A stretch of 64,000 nucleotides of DNA from Marsupella aquatica (taxonomy: Eukaryota > Plantae > Marchantiophyta). Both the position numbers and the translations under genes were made by a program. The DNA lies in NCBI GenBank assembly GCA_973895155.1, contig OZ316893.1, forward strand, positions 14,290,645-14,354,644, in the 5' to 3' direction. Positions within the stretch are counted from its first letter, which is position 1, and the number at the start of each line of letters is the position of its first letter. Under the pieces are notes generated by a model. It was not told where the DNA came from. It did no database searches and worked only from the letters and a program-made list of their open reading frames with translations. Below are positions 12,102 to 23,248 of the stretch, in pieces.

Positions 12102-12440
12102 ATGGCAGTAACTCCACAACGTCCGATGGGAGCGTCGACGGAACAACTCAGATTCCAACAACCGGCCGGATACATCAACGGGAAGGGCGATGGGCAGTAT
12201 GGACCACAAAGAAGCGATCGTGATCCAACGCAGAAGCAGAGGAATTCAACTAAGGTTCCTGAACGTGTGCCGTATCAAGGGCAGAAACTTCACCACCGGG
12301 AGTACGTCGATGAGCAAGGCTATGTTATGAAGAAGAAGAAGAGTCGAAGACACCAATTGGCGCAGCATGTAGCAGCTCATTTAGCCGTGTGTTTGTGCTG
12401 CGCATGGGTGTGCACCGCACCATGCTGCTGTGGCGTATAA
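12102..12440 (+). CDS. Small Gln/Pro-rich protein with basic patch and C-terminal Cys-rich tail (CYSTM-like membrane module)
   Basis: ATG at 12102 gives 112 aa. Hydrophilic Q/P/G/Y N-terminus, KKKKSRR, then AAHLAVCLCCAWVCTAPCCCGV*. A splice-acceptor-like TTTGTAG near 11979 suggests a 5'UTR intron. Confidence 0.6.
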   Translation: MAVTPQRPMGASTEQLRFQQPAGYINGKGDGQYGPQRSDRDPTQKQRNSTKVPERVPYQGQKLHHREYVDEQGYVMKKKKSRRHQLAQHVAAHLAVCLCCAWVCTAPCCCGV

Positions 12441-12984
12441 TTGTCTGGCGTAGCTTTCCGTCTGCACAATCAATCATTGTCTAAATCAAGCAAGAAATCA
12501 AGCCATCTTCTTCCTATCACGAGCTCGAGCCATGCTCTAGCTTTTTGTTGACTGGAAAGCCGTCATCTGGGTAAAGCACCATGGAACGATTTTGGAGAGT
12601 GTTCTCCTCACTGTTTCTGGTACAGCGAGAAAGATTGAATGTGGTTACACATGGGCTTGATGTCAGTCCTTACAGAAGTACCTGTGCCACCCTGACGTAC
12701 GTTTCCAAAACTTATCAGTTCAGTGGTTCTGTGATCCGAGTGGGGCCTAGTAGTCTAGCTCAGGTGACCGGCGGATTGTGGACATGGAATGGAAAGATCT
12801 CAAGCTTCAATTCCTCCTTGCACCTGTGGATGGAGGGTATGGAGTGGTGCGCTAGGGGAATGTGGACTTGGAATGAAAAGGTCTCAAACTTCAATTCCTT
12901 CGTGTGTGGAGTGGTGGGCTGTGAAATATCACATTTATTGCCATTGCCAAAATTTTTAAAAATTTCCAAAAGTTTAGAATCGAG

Positions 12985-14268
12985 TTGTTAGGAAGTCGGG
13001 CATGAGAGACGAAACAAGTTTTTGGTGCTCGGGAGGTTACCAAACCAATCTCGCCTTCAGTTCTGCTGAACGCGCTAGTGGCCTCATGTTCCCGATGAAG
13101 TTGCTGCCCAGGGCGGTGGTGTGCGCAGAGCATGTCATCGTGATTTTTTCAGATTTCACAATCCTCTCAACTCTTATATCATGCATATCTACCAGCACCA
13201 CGAGATTTTGACGAGCTCTGAAAATATCAACTATGAAAAGATCAAAATAGTTCTTGGTCAACAGTGGAGAACAAGACCCGGATGAGGAGGCTAGCAGTGA
13301 GGAATCAGATTCGGACCTGGAGGTCGCGGGGTCGAAGGAAATGAACAAGATCCCATCTTCCATAGTCCTTACTGCTGCTGAACCATCTATTGTCATTGCA
13401 TCTGCTCCACATTCAATTTTTGCTCCGGTGGGGTTATTGGTCGGGTTATTTTTGAGCAGCGTTTTCAGAAGCAGAGTGTTGCAGAGAAGTTGAAGGTGCC
13501 AATCCTTGGTTTGGAACATTCTCGATGGCAATTGATAATGCTATCGAGAATTCTTCTAAGATTCGTGAAAGCGAAGTAGGCAGATAGGAAGAGGAATGAA
13601 GCTTTTCCAATTACAGGTTGACAGGCTTAGGGAGAAAATTTCGAAGCAGAAAGAGTGAGAAACGGAAGTGGTAGGCGTTTTGGACCAGCTTACTCCCGTT
13701 TTTGAGTTGACAGTCATTGATAAGTTGAAGGAGCGTTTGTTTTGTGATTATTGCAGTAGACTTCCAATACTCCTTTGTATCAGATGACATTGCGTATGGC
13801 AGTAGAGATATCTACTAAATGTGAGGAACTATTAGAAGCATTGTAGATCATTCATAAGCAGTTGAGCCAAATGTTCGTGTATCCGAGCAATGTTGGCGGA
13901 AGTGGTGGAGAGACGGAGAAGAGAGTTGAAGCTGTTGAGGAGATTCTCTCCACACCGACTCTCAGAGTTTGAAAGCTTCCCCTGCAAATCGAGATTGTGC
14001 TAAGAATACTGCTGATCCTGAGAAGGATTTGCTGAGCACTGCAACTGCTACCATTGATTCATCCATATTGTTTCTCCACTTATTTTCTACCTCTCAATAC
14101 CATTGAGGAAGACCTGCCTACATGGTCCAAGCAATGCGAGCTGTTCGCCCACCACATTTCTGCATCTCCCGTTGAGATCGTGAACCAGGAGAAGAAGAAG
14201 AGGGCTTAACAAATTTATATTGTACCCACATATCTGTCCAGATACAAGTTAGACTCCCCCCCCCAACA
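12985..14268 (+). pseudogene. Decayed coding-like segment (acidic tract plus coiled-coil), probably TE-derived
   Basis: Broken frames (EEASSEESDSDLE; LQVDRLREKISKQKE; MAVEISTKCEELLEAL) with stops. Bounded by TGTTAGG...CCCAACA but with no matching TSD. Confidence 0.3.
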
Positions 14269-14820
14269 TTCTTAGTCCGACCACATTTTGAGAATATCTG
14301 TGATGAAAAAAGTCAGATTGGAATTTTGGGGTCGGATTTCGGCTCCCAAAGTGAGCTATCCTATTGAATTGTAGACTGCTGTGCGTGATGTTCATCTACT
14401 AGTGATGCTTGCGTATGCCTCTTTCAGTAAATTGTTTCGTGAAGGCGAAAAACAATAGTATTGGGTGATTGGGCAAAGGAGTAATCTGCATCTTAATTTC
14501 TGCAAGATATTCTCTTTGTACGTTTTTGTGCTTTTATTGAAGAGAACGCCATCACAGGCAATGCAAGGGCATTTTGATATTTGCCCTTTACTTGTCTCTT
14601 GGTAAAGAAACTAAATCTATACTTACAAAGTAATTAGGAAAATTTTGAAATTTGTCCTCTATTTATCTCTTGGTAGAGAATGCATGAAATTTGCCCTCTT
14701 ACTTGTTTCTTGGTAGAAAATGAATGAAACTGGGTTATCTGCAAGTGAAGAAAGGAGATGCACAATAAAGACAGTAACAGTGAAAAACCTTTCAGTAGTT
14801 AAGTTTCTTAATTCCCTGTT

Positions 14821-14981
14821 ACTATGTGTGCAAAGAACATTGGGCACAAGTCTCCTGGTCTAGACCTCTACGTTTCTATGTGTGCAAAGACATTGGGCAC
14901 AAGTCACCTGGTCTAGACCTCTAGGTTTCTACTATGTGTGCAAAGACCATTGGCACAAGTCTCCTGGTCTAGACCTCTAGG
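14821..14981. repeat. Tandem repeat, 3 x ~55 bp
   Basis: CTATGTGTGCAAAGA..TTGGGCACAAGTC.CCTGGTCTAGACCTCTA occurs three times. Confidence 0.9.
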
Positions 14982-15283
14982 TAATCTGCATTCGATCCCT
15001 TACCCACAAAATTCACCCCACCCACATGTACCCTCCACACCCCGCTATGTGGAGGGGGACCTCTCACTTCTAGGCTAATGCCCTAGCCAACCTAAGTCAG
15101 ATGGTTGAGCTCTAGGTTTCTTGTACACAAGCCAGCTCCTCATGGATTTGACAAAAGCTGATACATAGAAGTGGACTTACTAAATTGGCCCACTTCGTTT
15201 CGTTTCATGGAAAGACTTTCTTCGTCATTGTTGTCAGCAGCCAGAGACAGAATTGTTTCACTGCCATGATCAAGTGATCTGCA

Positions 15284-16456
15284 TCAACCTCCGCCTCCAC
15301 CACTGTATTTCTTCCCCAAGAAGATCAACTGGAGCTGGTCGTAACCAGCCAAAGCTCCTGCGCCAGCAACGCTACGCAGCAGGTTGGCTCCATAACCCTT
15401 GAACAGAGATTTCAATCCTTCCCTGGCGATGATCTCTTTGAAAGCCTGGAACGAGCTCGTGTACTTGGTCGCCTCACCGGAAGTCATCATCATCCTCCGA
15501 CGCACGGTATCAAAAGGATATGAAAGAAAGCCAGCGCCGGTGGTGACACCCCATCCGAGCATGAAACTGGCAAAGAAGTTGCCCTCCAGGTTTCCCGTCA
15601 ACAGCAATTCCTTCAGCGAATCGTACATTCCAAAGTAGAGACCACGATAAATAACAATGCCAGCTAAAGAAACGTTAAATCCTCGGTACAGCCCAAGGAT
15701 CCCATCGCTGGCCATCGTCTTCTTATACACGTCCAGTAGACCATTGAACTGACGCTCACCTGCCCCCTTTGCGGAAGACTTGGCGTCATTGGCGAGACGA
15801 GTACGGGCGTAATCCAACGAGTACACAAACAGAAGAGAAGAAGCACCGGCTGCTGATCCGGAGGCGATGTTCCCTGAAAAGACCTTCCAGTAGGGATCTC
15901 TACCCTTCTTGTAGTTGAAGAGTTGCTTGAAGTAGTCCTTGAAAGCGAAGTTCAGGGCCTGAGTAGGGAAATACCTCAACACATTCACTCCATTGCTTCG
16001 CCATAGAGAGAGAACTCCTTCGTCTTTGATTGTTCGGCTGAAACAGTTTATGATCCCCTTGTAGGGCTCTGATAGGCGGCCTGACTTGAGCATCTCGTCC
16101 TGGTTTTGGATGAGGAGCTTCACTCGCTCGATAGGAGCAGCTATTGTCTTCGAGACTGCGGAAGACACTCCTCCCATGAGAAAATCAATCATGAATCCTT
16201 TCACGCCTTTCTCAGCTGGTGCAGGGACAAAGAAGTCGGGCTTCGACATCCAAGGCATGATGGTGCTCGGCCCTTGGGACAGATCGATAGGGCACAACGG
16301 GTTGTACACAGCAGATTTTGCCCGTGCTGCATTCGGGGAGTGGTTTCCATTTCTCAGCTCAGGCACAACGACGCTCCTTATCGGGATAAGCTTTGACCCC
16401 AAATAAGTTTGCCCAGCAAACTTTTGGGCCAGAATTGGAAACGTCGGTCTCTCCAT
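15284..16456 (-). CDS. AAC: Mitochondrial ADP/ATP carrier (adenine nucleotide translocator), intronless
   Basis: First ATG at 16456 gives 390 aa: a plant N-terminal extension, [46 protein letters not shown] and the AAC signature RRRMMM. Confidence 0.95.
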   Translation of the reverse strand: MERPTFPILAQKFAGQTYLGSKLIPIRSVVVPELRNGNHSPNAARAKSAVYNPLCPIDLSQGPSTIMPWMSKPDFFVPAPAEKGVKGFMIDFLMGGVSSAVSKTIAAPIERVKLLIQNQDEMLKSGRLSEPYKGIINCFSRTIKDEGVLSLWRSNGVNVLRYFPTQALNFAFKDYFKQLFNYKKGRDPYWKVFSGNIASGSAAGASSLLFVYSLDYARTRLANDAKSSAKGAGERQFNGLLDVYKKTMASDGILGLYRGFNVSLAGIVIYRGLYFGMYDSLKELLLTGNLEGNFFASFMLGWGVTTGAGFLSYPFDTVRRRMMMTSGEATKYTSSFQAFKEIIAREGLKSLFKGYGANLLRSVAGAGALAGYDQLQLIFLGKKYSGGGGG

Positions 16457-16617
16457 TTCGAACCACTGCCACAAAGACTCAGTTAGAACGAGTAATGTGT
16501 GCAATTCCAAAGGGCTTGGATTGTCACCAAATCCCTCACATGTTGACGATCGACATACTCCACTGAATTCTAATCAGCTCACGGTGCCCCAAGTTCTCCA
16601 ACTCCTCAACGATTTGC

Positions 16618-16694
16618 AGGCACAAGTAATCAAGCTCCCTCAATGATCTGCGTGCACAAGTAATCAAGCTCCCTCAATGATCTGCGTGCACAAG
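16618..16694. repeat. Tandem duplication ~37 bp upstream of AAC
   Basis: GCACAAGTAATCAAGCTCCCTCAATGATCTGCGT is repeated. A GAGAC(C/T) hexamer run follows at ~16915-16965. Confidence 0.8.
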
Positions 16695-17244
16695 TGATCG
16701 GACACAAGTGAACAAGCTGCCCACAACCTTCCACTCCAGCTCTCAGGAAAGCATGCACTTTCTAAATCCGAGATCCTGATTCAATTTCTCTAGGTCCTTG
16801 ATGCAGCCACTCCTCGCCGAAAACTAAAACAGTGAATTCTCAGTCCAAATTAGAAGTGTTTGTCAATTCCATTCAACAAAAATTGTGGTATAATAAATTG
16901 CGAAGAGCACGGCAGAGACTGAGACCCGAGACCGAGACTGAGACCCGAGACCAAGACTGAGACACCAGTCAATCCAAAGCATCAATCAATAATTATAGAC
17001 CGTCGCAGGCATGAGCACCAGTCCACCATTCAGAGAGGCAGGGCTTGAGCACCGAGTACACCGTTCAGGGAGACTACTGTAGACCTTGGAATTGCATTTT
17101 GTTTATGCATCGTCAGATTATGCTGGAAGCGCTCACGAAGTGCTGTACTTGCTTACTAGTCTTTACGCCGTGCCAGGTGCCCTACACCCCCGGTAATTTG
17201 GAATATCAAAATGTAACAATATATTATACACATATCTATCTATA

Positions 17245-17690
17245 CTAGCCCCGATTACCCGTAAATAACACAAAATATAATAAAAAATTATTAAAATATA
17301 TTTTCTATTCCTATTTTTTGAAGGTTAATGAAATGATAAAAAAAATTCATCATTTTAATAATTATATATAATATAACTTTCTTCTTTATGTGCACATGAG
17401 TATTTTTTTAATACACATATGTTATGCTAGGCCATAATGCATATAGAAATTATCAAGGAAAATTGGTATGTACATACATCATGTCATGAGTTTCTCCCAT
17501 GCACATGATGACCATAGAGTTATGGTCTAGAGGCTTCACTCTAGACCTAGTTTCTTAAAAGTAAACTTGTACATACATCATGTCATGAGTTTCTCCCATG
17601 CACATGATGACCATAGAGTTATGGTCTAGAGGCTTCACTCTAGACCTAGGCTCTTAAAAGTAAACTTGAGTTGGCGCTTTAATAGTAAGA
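17245..17690 (-). mobile_element. Non-autonomous mini-Helitron, family A (446 bp)
   Basis: On the minus strand it begins TCTTACTATTAAAG (17690) and ends CGGGGCTAG (17245). Inserted between A17244 and T17691 with no TSD. Internal ~99-bp tandem duplication. Homologous copy at 35581-36002. Confidence 0.72.
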
Positions 17691-17695
17691 TTAGT

Positions 17696-19087
17696 TCTAT
17701 AATATACAATGTCACCAAAAAGTTTAGTATCCTTATAAAATGGAGTGAAACAACCTGAGCAGTAAGATTTCTTTTAAAGTTTTTGTGTACTCTTGGATTG
17801 ATTGACTAGGACTGTCAATTGATATAATTCTCATTATAGTAGACTACACTGTACATGACATGATTATTATGTGACAATGTGATGATTTGATTTTATATGA
17901 CATCATTTTAAATGTTGCTTTTTCTTTTATTAAAGTACACATAGGAAGGATAAACTTTTGGGGCTCACAAACTTTTTGAATTTTTTCATAGAGTATAATT
18001 ATGAAACTTTAAAAAGAAACAAAATAGATTAATTTTGCTTTTCATTCCCTTTTGTCTTCTTTATTTAATTTTGCATTTTTTTGGTTTATTTAATGGTGCC
18101 AAAGGTAAGAATGAGGGGGAGGAATGGAGTGGCAAGGGAGTGAAGAAATAGGAAAAGGGGAAGAGAAAAATTAAAATGCTCCCCTCCCAATACCATTGTA
18201 CGACCACACCTTGACCCCACAAAGCCCCGAGGGGCCATCACCTCTCTTGCACTCCCTCTCACCCTCCCACATCCTTGCTCTCCTCAACAACATGGCTATC
18301 ACAACAATGACAACATGGTCGCAATAACATTTGAGATGTTTAAACAATTTTCTTGCCCTACTTGCATTTCTTTGCATTGTTTACGTTTCTTTGGCAGATG
18401 ACATTTCTTTGTCTCGCCTCAACATCTTTGCCTCATTTCAACATCAGTCTAAACTTGCCTCAACATCTTTGCCTCACCTCAACAATTTTGCCTTGCCTTG
18501 ACATGGCTGCAATGACACATCACATGCCTCAATGTATACCTTACAAAGTCTATATTTTCTTGCTTCACTTGATTTCTTTGCCTTGCCTCAACATCTTTTT
18601 GCATCTTGACATCTTTTCTTGCCTCAACATCTTTTTTTTACTCAATGTCTTTGCCCGCCTTTGACATCTCTTTTTGGCCTTAACAATTTTTCTCGCCTGA
18701 ACATCATTTTCCCTGTCTTTTTTCACCTCAATCAATATATTTGCCTTGCCTTGACATCTTTTTCTTTCCTCAACATCTTTTGCTCACCTCAAACTGTTTT
18801 TCTCTCCTCAACATCTTTGTCTTAGCTTGACATCTTTTTTTCACCTCAAATTTTTTTCTCTCCCCGACCTCTTTTTCTCACCTCGACCTCTTTTTCTCTC
18901 CTCACACCTTTTTCTCACCTCGACATCTTTTTCTCATGTTGTATATTTTTCTCTCCTCGACATATTTTTCTCACCTCGACATTTTTTCTCATCTCAACAT
19001 CGTTTTCTCACCTCGACATATTTTTCTCATCTCAAAATATTTTTCTCACCTCGACATCTTTTGTGCAACGCACGGGCATTGGACTAG
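17696..19087 (+). mobile_element. Helitron-like element with long degenerate pyrimidine-rich minisatellite before the 3' hairpin (5' end tentative)
   Basis: The 3' end is GTGCAACGCAC (hairpin) + GGGCATTGGA + CTAG|T. The array of ~20-bp units CACCTCGACATCTTTTTTCT spans ~18400-19060. The same end type occurs at 38706 and 59605. Confidence 0.6.
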
Positions 19088-19500
19088 TCTTACTAATAAA
19101 ACAGAACGCAAGGCTACTTTCAAGGGCTAGTGTCTAGAGTGAAGCATCCTTTAGTTTCTGTAACTCTCAAAAGTGAGAAACTAAGAAGTGAAAAATCTTA
19201 GAAGTGAAAGTGGACCCAGAAAAAAGAATGGAGTGTGAAGCCTTTAGTCTGTAACTCTCAATAGGGAAATACTGAAAAGTGAAAAATCTTAAAAGTGAAA
19301 GTGGACCCCAAAGAAAGGATGGAGCAAACATTAACAAAACTGACATTGACTGTATATTATGACAAACCTAAGATTGACGCTCAATAAAGACAAAATAGAA
19401 GTGAGAGTGAAAAAAAAAGAGGGAGGGAGGCAAAGATGAACAAGAGATTTTTTTTTGTCTTCATCTCTATTTATGCTCAAATAAAGGGTACTTAGGCTAG
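19088..19500 (+). mobile_element. Mini-Helitron, family A-related (413 bp), abutting the previous Helitron's CTAG
   Basis: Starts TCTTACTAATAAAA, carries GTCTAGAGTGAAGC, and ends with an imperfect hairpin CTCTATTT..AAATAAAG then GGCTAG|T. A related copy lies at ~20470-21003. Confidence 0.6.
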
Positions 19501-19536
19501 TAGTATGTATTACTATCATTTCCCTAAACTAAAGCC

Positions 19537-19930
19537 AGTATGGACCTCCACTTTGTATATGAAGCCCAGATGGACTGGCAAGGCTTGGATGGACTGCTCA
19601 GAACATTTAAACTGTCTTAGATAACACTATTTACACTTTTGACTGAAGTGTGACCTAAAAACAGTCTCCTTACCGTTTGCATCCGGTTTCAATTATGTTA
19701 CCATACCGGTTTCCTTGGTAACTTGATATGACAACCTTGAACCTCAAAGACGTCAAGATGTCATGCCATTACTGAGTATCTCCATGACGTCTTGACTACT
19801 TTCTCCCCAAGGTAGTCAAAGTCGTCAACTGCGATCCGCAACCGGTTCCTTTTCTTTTCCGTGTAAAAGAGATGATTGCTTTAATTTATTACGCAGTCCA
19901 GGGGATGGGCAGGGACAATGTGTTGGTCCT
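19537..19930 (+). repeat. Dispersed repeat (unclassified TE)
   Basis: Colinear homology with 39010-39175, 39470-39520 and 40015-40160 (split by insertions). Inverted partial copy at ~36737-36860. Confidence 0.65.
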
Positions 19931-20469
19931 TTTTTTGCGTGCAATCTTTTTTGTAATTCTTGGGGGATTTATTTTTTTAATTCTCAAGTTTAGAATATTT
20001 GCTCAAGTGCTAATTTTTTGGATAGGAGAGTCAAGGCAAGATCTTTTTTTGCTATCTGGTTCTAAAGTGTGAATTCGTTTTTACATATGACTTGGGTGTG
20101 CAATATTGGGTCATAAATCATGTTCAACTGTTTTTTTTACAAGAAGTACAGAATTGGTCTGAATTTTCACACCCGAGTCCTTTTCCACTAGAAAAACCAG
20201 CGGCAACATATTGTATTCCATAGTCAGCTGCCTTCTGGAGTTGGAAAATTCCCACTTGGCTGACCTTGAGTAACTTTTTCACTCAATTGTCTTCAAGAGT
20301 CTGGAAAATCCCCACTTGGCTAACCTTGTTGAGTCACTTTTTTTACTCAGCAGCCCTCCTTAGTCAACTTGGCGGCCTCGCTGAGGATGAAGGTTCGACA
20401 TGCAACTAGTGATGGGAGCTACTTATACCTGATATGAGCTACTCATAACTGATAGGGTTCACTCTCCAA

Positions 20470-21003
20470 CCTGACCAGTAAAGCACAATCAAAAGCTACT
20501 CCTCGGGCTTAGTGTCTAGAGTGAAACCTGCCTTGGCTCTAAGTGAGGGCATAATTGAAAGTGAGGGTGACAGAAACAGGGATGGAGGCCAGTTTTTTTT
20601 TTCTAGTGGCAAAACTTTGCTAGATTCCACCTCTCCAAAAAGTTTTTCTCACTTTTGGCAAAACATTTGTTAGTTTTTCTCTGTTCCATTGGCCAGTTTT
20701 TCACCTAATCAGAGGCCCCATTAGCCAGAATATAATCCTTAAATCTAGAGAGATCTAAGGGTCAGAAAATAGTTCAGGAAAATCAGAGAAGGAATATTCT
20801 GAGCATCTTCTCCTTCACACATGCTGCCATTAGCCACTCTGGCTAAAAAGAAAAAGCCTTAAAGAGTGCACTCATGAGGGCAAAGATGAACACTAAATAG
20901 CATGGAAGGCAAAGATAAAAAGGAAAGAGCATGTAATCCATTTTTCTGCATTTTTTTTCTACTAGTCTCTATTTATGATTCAAGGAAGGGGTGGAAAGGC
21001 TAG
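20470..21003 (+). mobile_element. Degenerate mini-Helitron related to 19088-19500
   Basis: Shares GCTACT..C.GGGCT.AGTGTCTAGAGTGAA, GGCAAAGATGAACA and TCTCTATTTATG...AAGGG..GGCTAG|T. Confidence 0.5.
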
Positions 21004-21109
21004 TTGGACAAAAAACAGTGACAACAAGGTAAGTCTCAACTCTATCATAATTACAAAGCATTTCCTTCTATGAATCACAGGAGTCAATGCTGTCTCTTGC
21101 ACTTGCTCC

Positions 21110-22255
21110 ATTAGTTGGTAGCAGCGGGTAGCCAGTGGTTGCAGGTTTGATGCCCAAAAATGAAAATGAAAATTACAAAAGAAATATTGTCACTAACGTC
21201 CTGCAGGCCCTGGCCTAACGGTAGAGAGCGAGAGTGGGCATCGAAAATGAAAATAAATACCAAAGAAATATTGTCACTAACGTCCTGCAGGCCCTGGCCT
21301 AACGGTAGAGAGCGAGAGTGGGGTGCCACAGGTGCCCGGTTTGAAAATTGCCTCCATCACAAGCTTTTTAACACACATCCCCCCAAAAGTGGGGTTCAGA
21401 GGCGTGGGAGTGGTTTCTTTTGATTTAAGCAGTTAACACACATAGTCCCCCATAAGTGGGGTTGCACCTCTAGTGACACTTAGTATTTCTTTTATTCCAG
21501 CAAGGGAACTTGCTGTAGCAGTTTCGGGTCAATCCGGTCAATATCTTACTATAAAAGTGTCAACTGGAGCCTACTCTTAAGGCCTAGGTCTAGAGAGAAA
21601 CCTGTAGACATTAACTCCCAATTCCCAATACCGACAAAACTGATAATGAAATTCAATTTCCTTCACATAAATCACGGGATTTACAAAAAATATTGTCGTG
21701 TTGCACTTGCGCCTTTAGTCAGCGGCTGCCAGAAGCCGGTAGTAGCAGGTTTGATGCCCAAATACTTAAATAAATACCTAGAAAATGTACCATTTAACAT
21801 CCTGCAGTCTGTGGGTTGCTGATAGAGGGCGAGAGTAGGGCGCCTCATGTGCCTGGTTCAAAACTATCTTAGAATCTTTTAACACACATCCCTCCCAAAA
21901 GTGGGGTTCAGAGGCCTCTTGTTACACACATAACCTTTTTATGATTCCAGCAAAGTTTACACACATAACCCCCAAAAAGTGGGGTTCAGGTGCCTCTAGT
22001 GGCACTCAGATTTTTTTTTGATTCCAGAGGGAACCAGCTGTAGAAGTTACCGGTCAATAATCACTAGAGTCCAAAGGAGCTATAGGACACTATTAAAGGC
22101 TGAACATGTTACTTGTAGAAGGCGCCTCTAGTGACACTCAGAACTTTTCTTGATTCCAGAGGGAACCGGCTGTAGAAGTTACCGGTCAATAATCACTAGA
22201 GTCCAAAGGAGCTATAGGACACTATTAAAGGCTTAACAGGTTACTCGTAGAAGTG
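21110..22255. repeat. Nested tandem and segmental duplications with an embedded Helitron family-A 5' end (TC at 21544)
   Basis: ~80-bp tandem pair at 21160-21325. 21110-21540 is similar to 21715-22060. ~130-bp pair at 21990-22255. A|TCTTACTATAAAAG...GGTCTAGAGAGAAACCTGTAGAC at 21544. Confidence 0.65.
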
Positions 22256-23248
22256 AATGAAATTCAATAGGCTCAAATTTTAAATGAGTATGGACAAAAG
22301 TGACATCTACTCTAAATAAAGATAAAAGTCCAATGAGTATCCACAAAATACAACTATGGGGCAAAGACTAACCAAATAGCATATAAGTTTTATTGTGCAA
22401 TTTTATTTTTTCATTTTCAGTATCTATATAAGTCCAAGGAACTCGTCATAGGGCTAGTTCACTAAAATAGTCAATATTCACTAAAAATCCAAAGTAGCTT
22501 ACAGAACACCACCATTAAATGATGTACACTTTTAAACTTAGAAGGGGAGTGACAAAGCACATTGGTGCAAAACGCCTCAAATGCCCGTTGTCAAGTCCGA
22601 AGGGAATCCAGCCTTTCCTTGGTTATTCAGTCGGTGCTCTCCATTTCTCCTCCCTTCCTTCCTCCATCGTCATCGTCATCGTCATAAATCTGAACTTTCA
22701 CTCCCCTCTTCCAATTTCCACACCGACTGCGATCGAAGTCTTGCATCCGAATTCAACAACACATCAGATGCACGACATCAGATAATCGGAACAGCACGTT
22801 CACTCTCCTCGGAGGAGGCGAAACCTGCGTTGTTCATGCTCTTCACGCTGATTGCGAGCCTGAGCTTCACGATTGTGGCTGGTGAGGTCTGGTTGGCGGT
22901 GTGATGGTGTACAGAAACGCACTCATTGTGCTGTAGAGAGAATGATGGAGAGGAATCTCAGTTGGGCACCGAGAAAGTGAAACTGGGCTGTCAAGGCAAG
23001 ACGGCACTCGCATTCCCTCACTCCAGTACACTGTAGCAGTTGCTGCATTGCTGCCCCTCCACACCTGTGCTCTCTGCATACTTCAATCACACCAATCGAT
23101 GGGTCCGTAGGAACATGATAAAAGGAGAAGATTGCGAACTGGGATAGATTTCATTCTGAGGGAGTGGCAGAGAGAGATTGAAAGACGCATTGGCAGAGAG
23201 CAAAGGCGAGAGCGGAGAAGAAGGGGCTGAAGCCGGGTGGGAGTAACG

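Noticed and set aside
12985-14268. Solo LTR bounded by TGTTAGG...CCCAACA
   Set aside because: No TSD, and the interior looks like decayed coding sequence. Kept only as a low-confidence pseudogene or TE fragment.
16457-16510. N-terminal extension of the AAC ORF in the track
   Set aside because: It begins at TTG. The first ATG (16456) gives the typical plant AAC N-terminus.
18353-19130. Phe/Leu/Ser-rich ORFs (also 59605-60185 and 38519-38701)
   Set aside because: They are translation artefacts of the pyrimidine-rich Helitron minisatellite.
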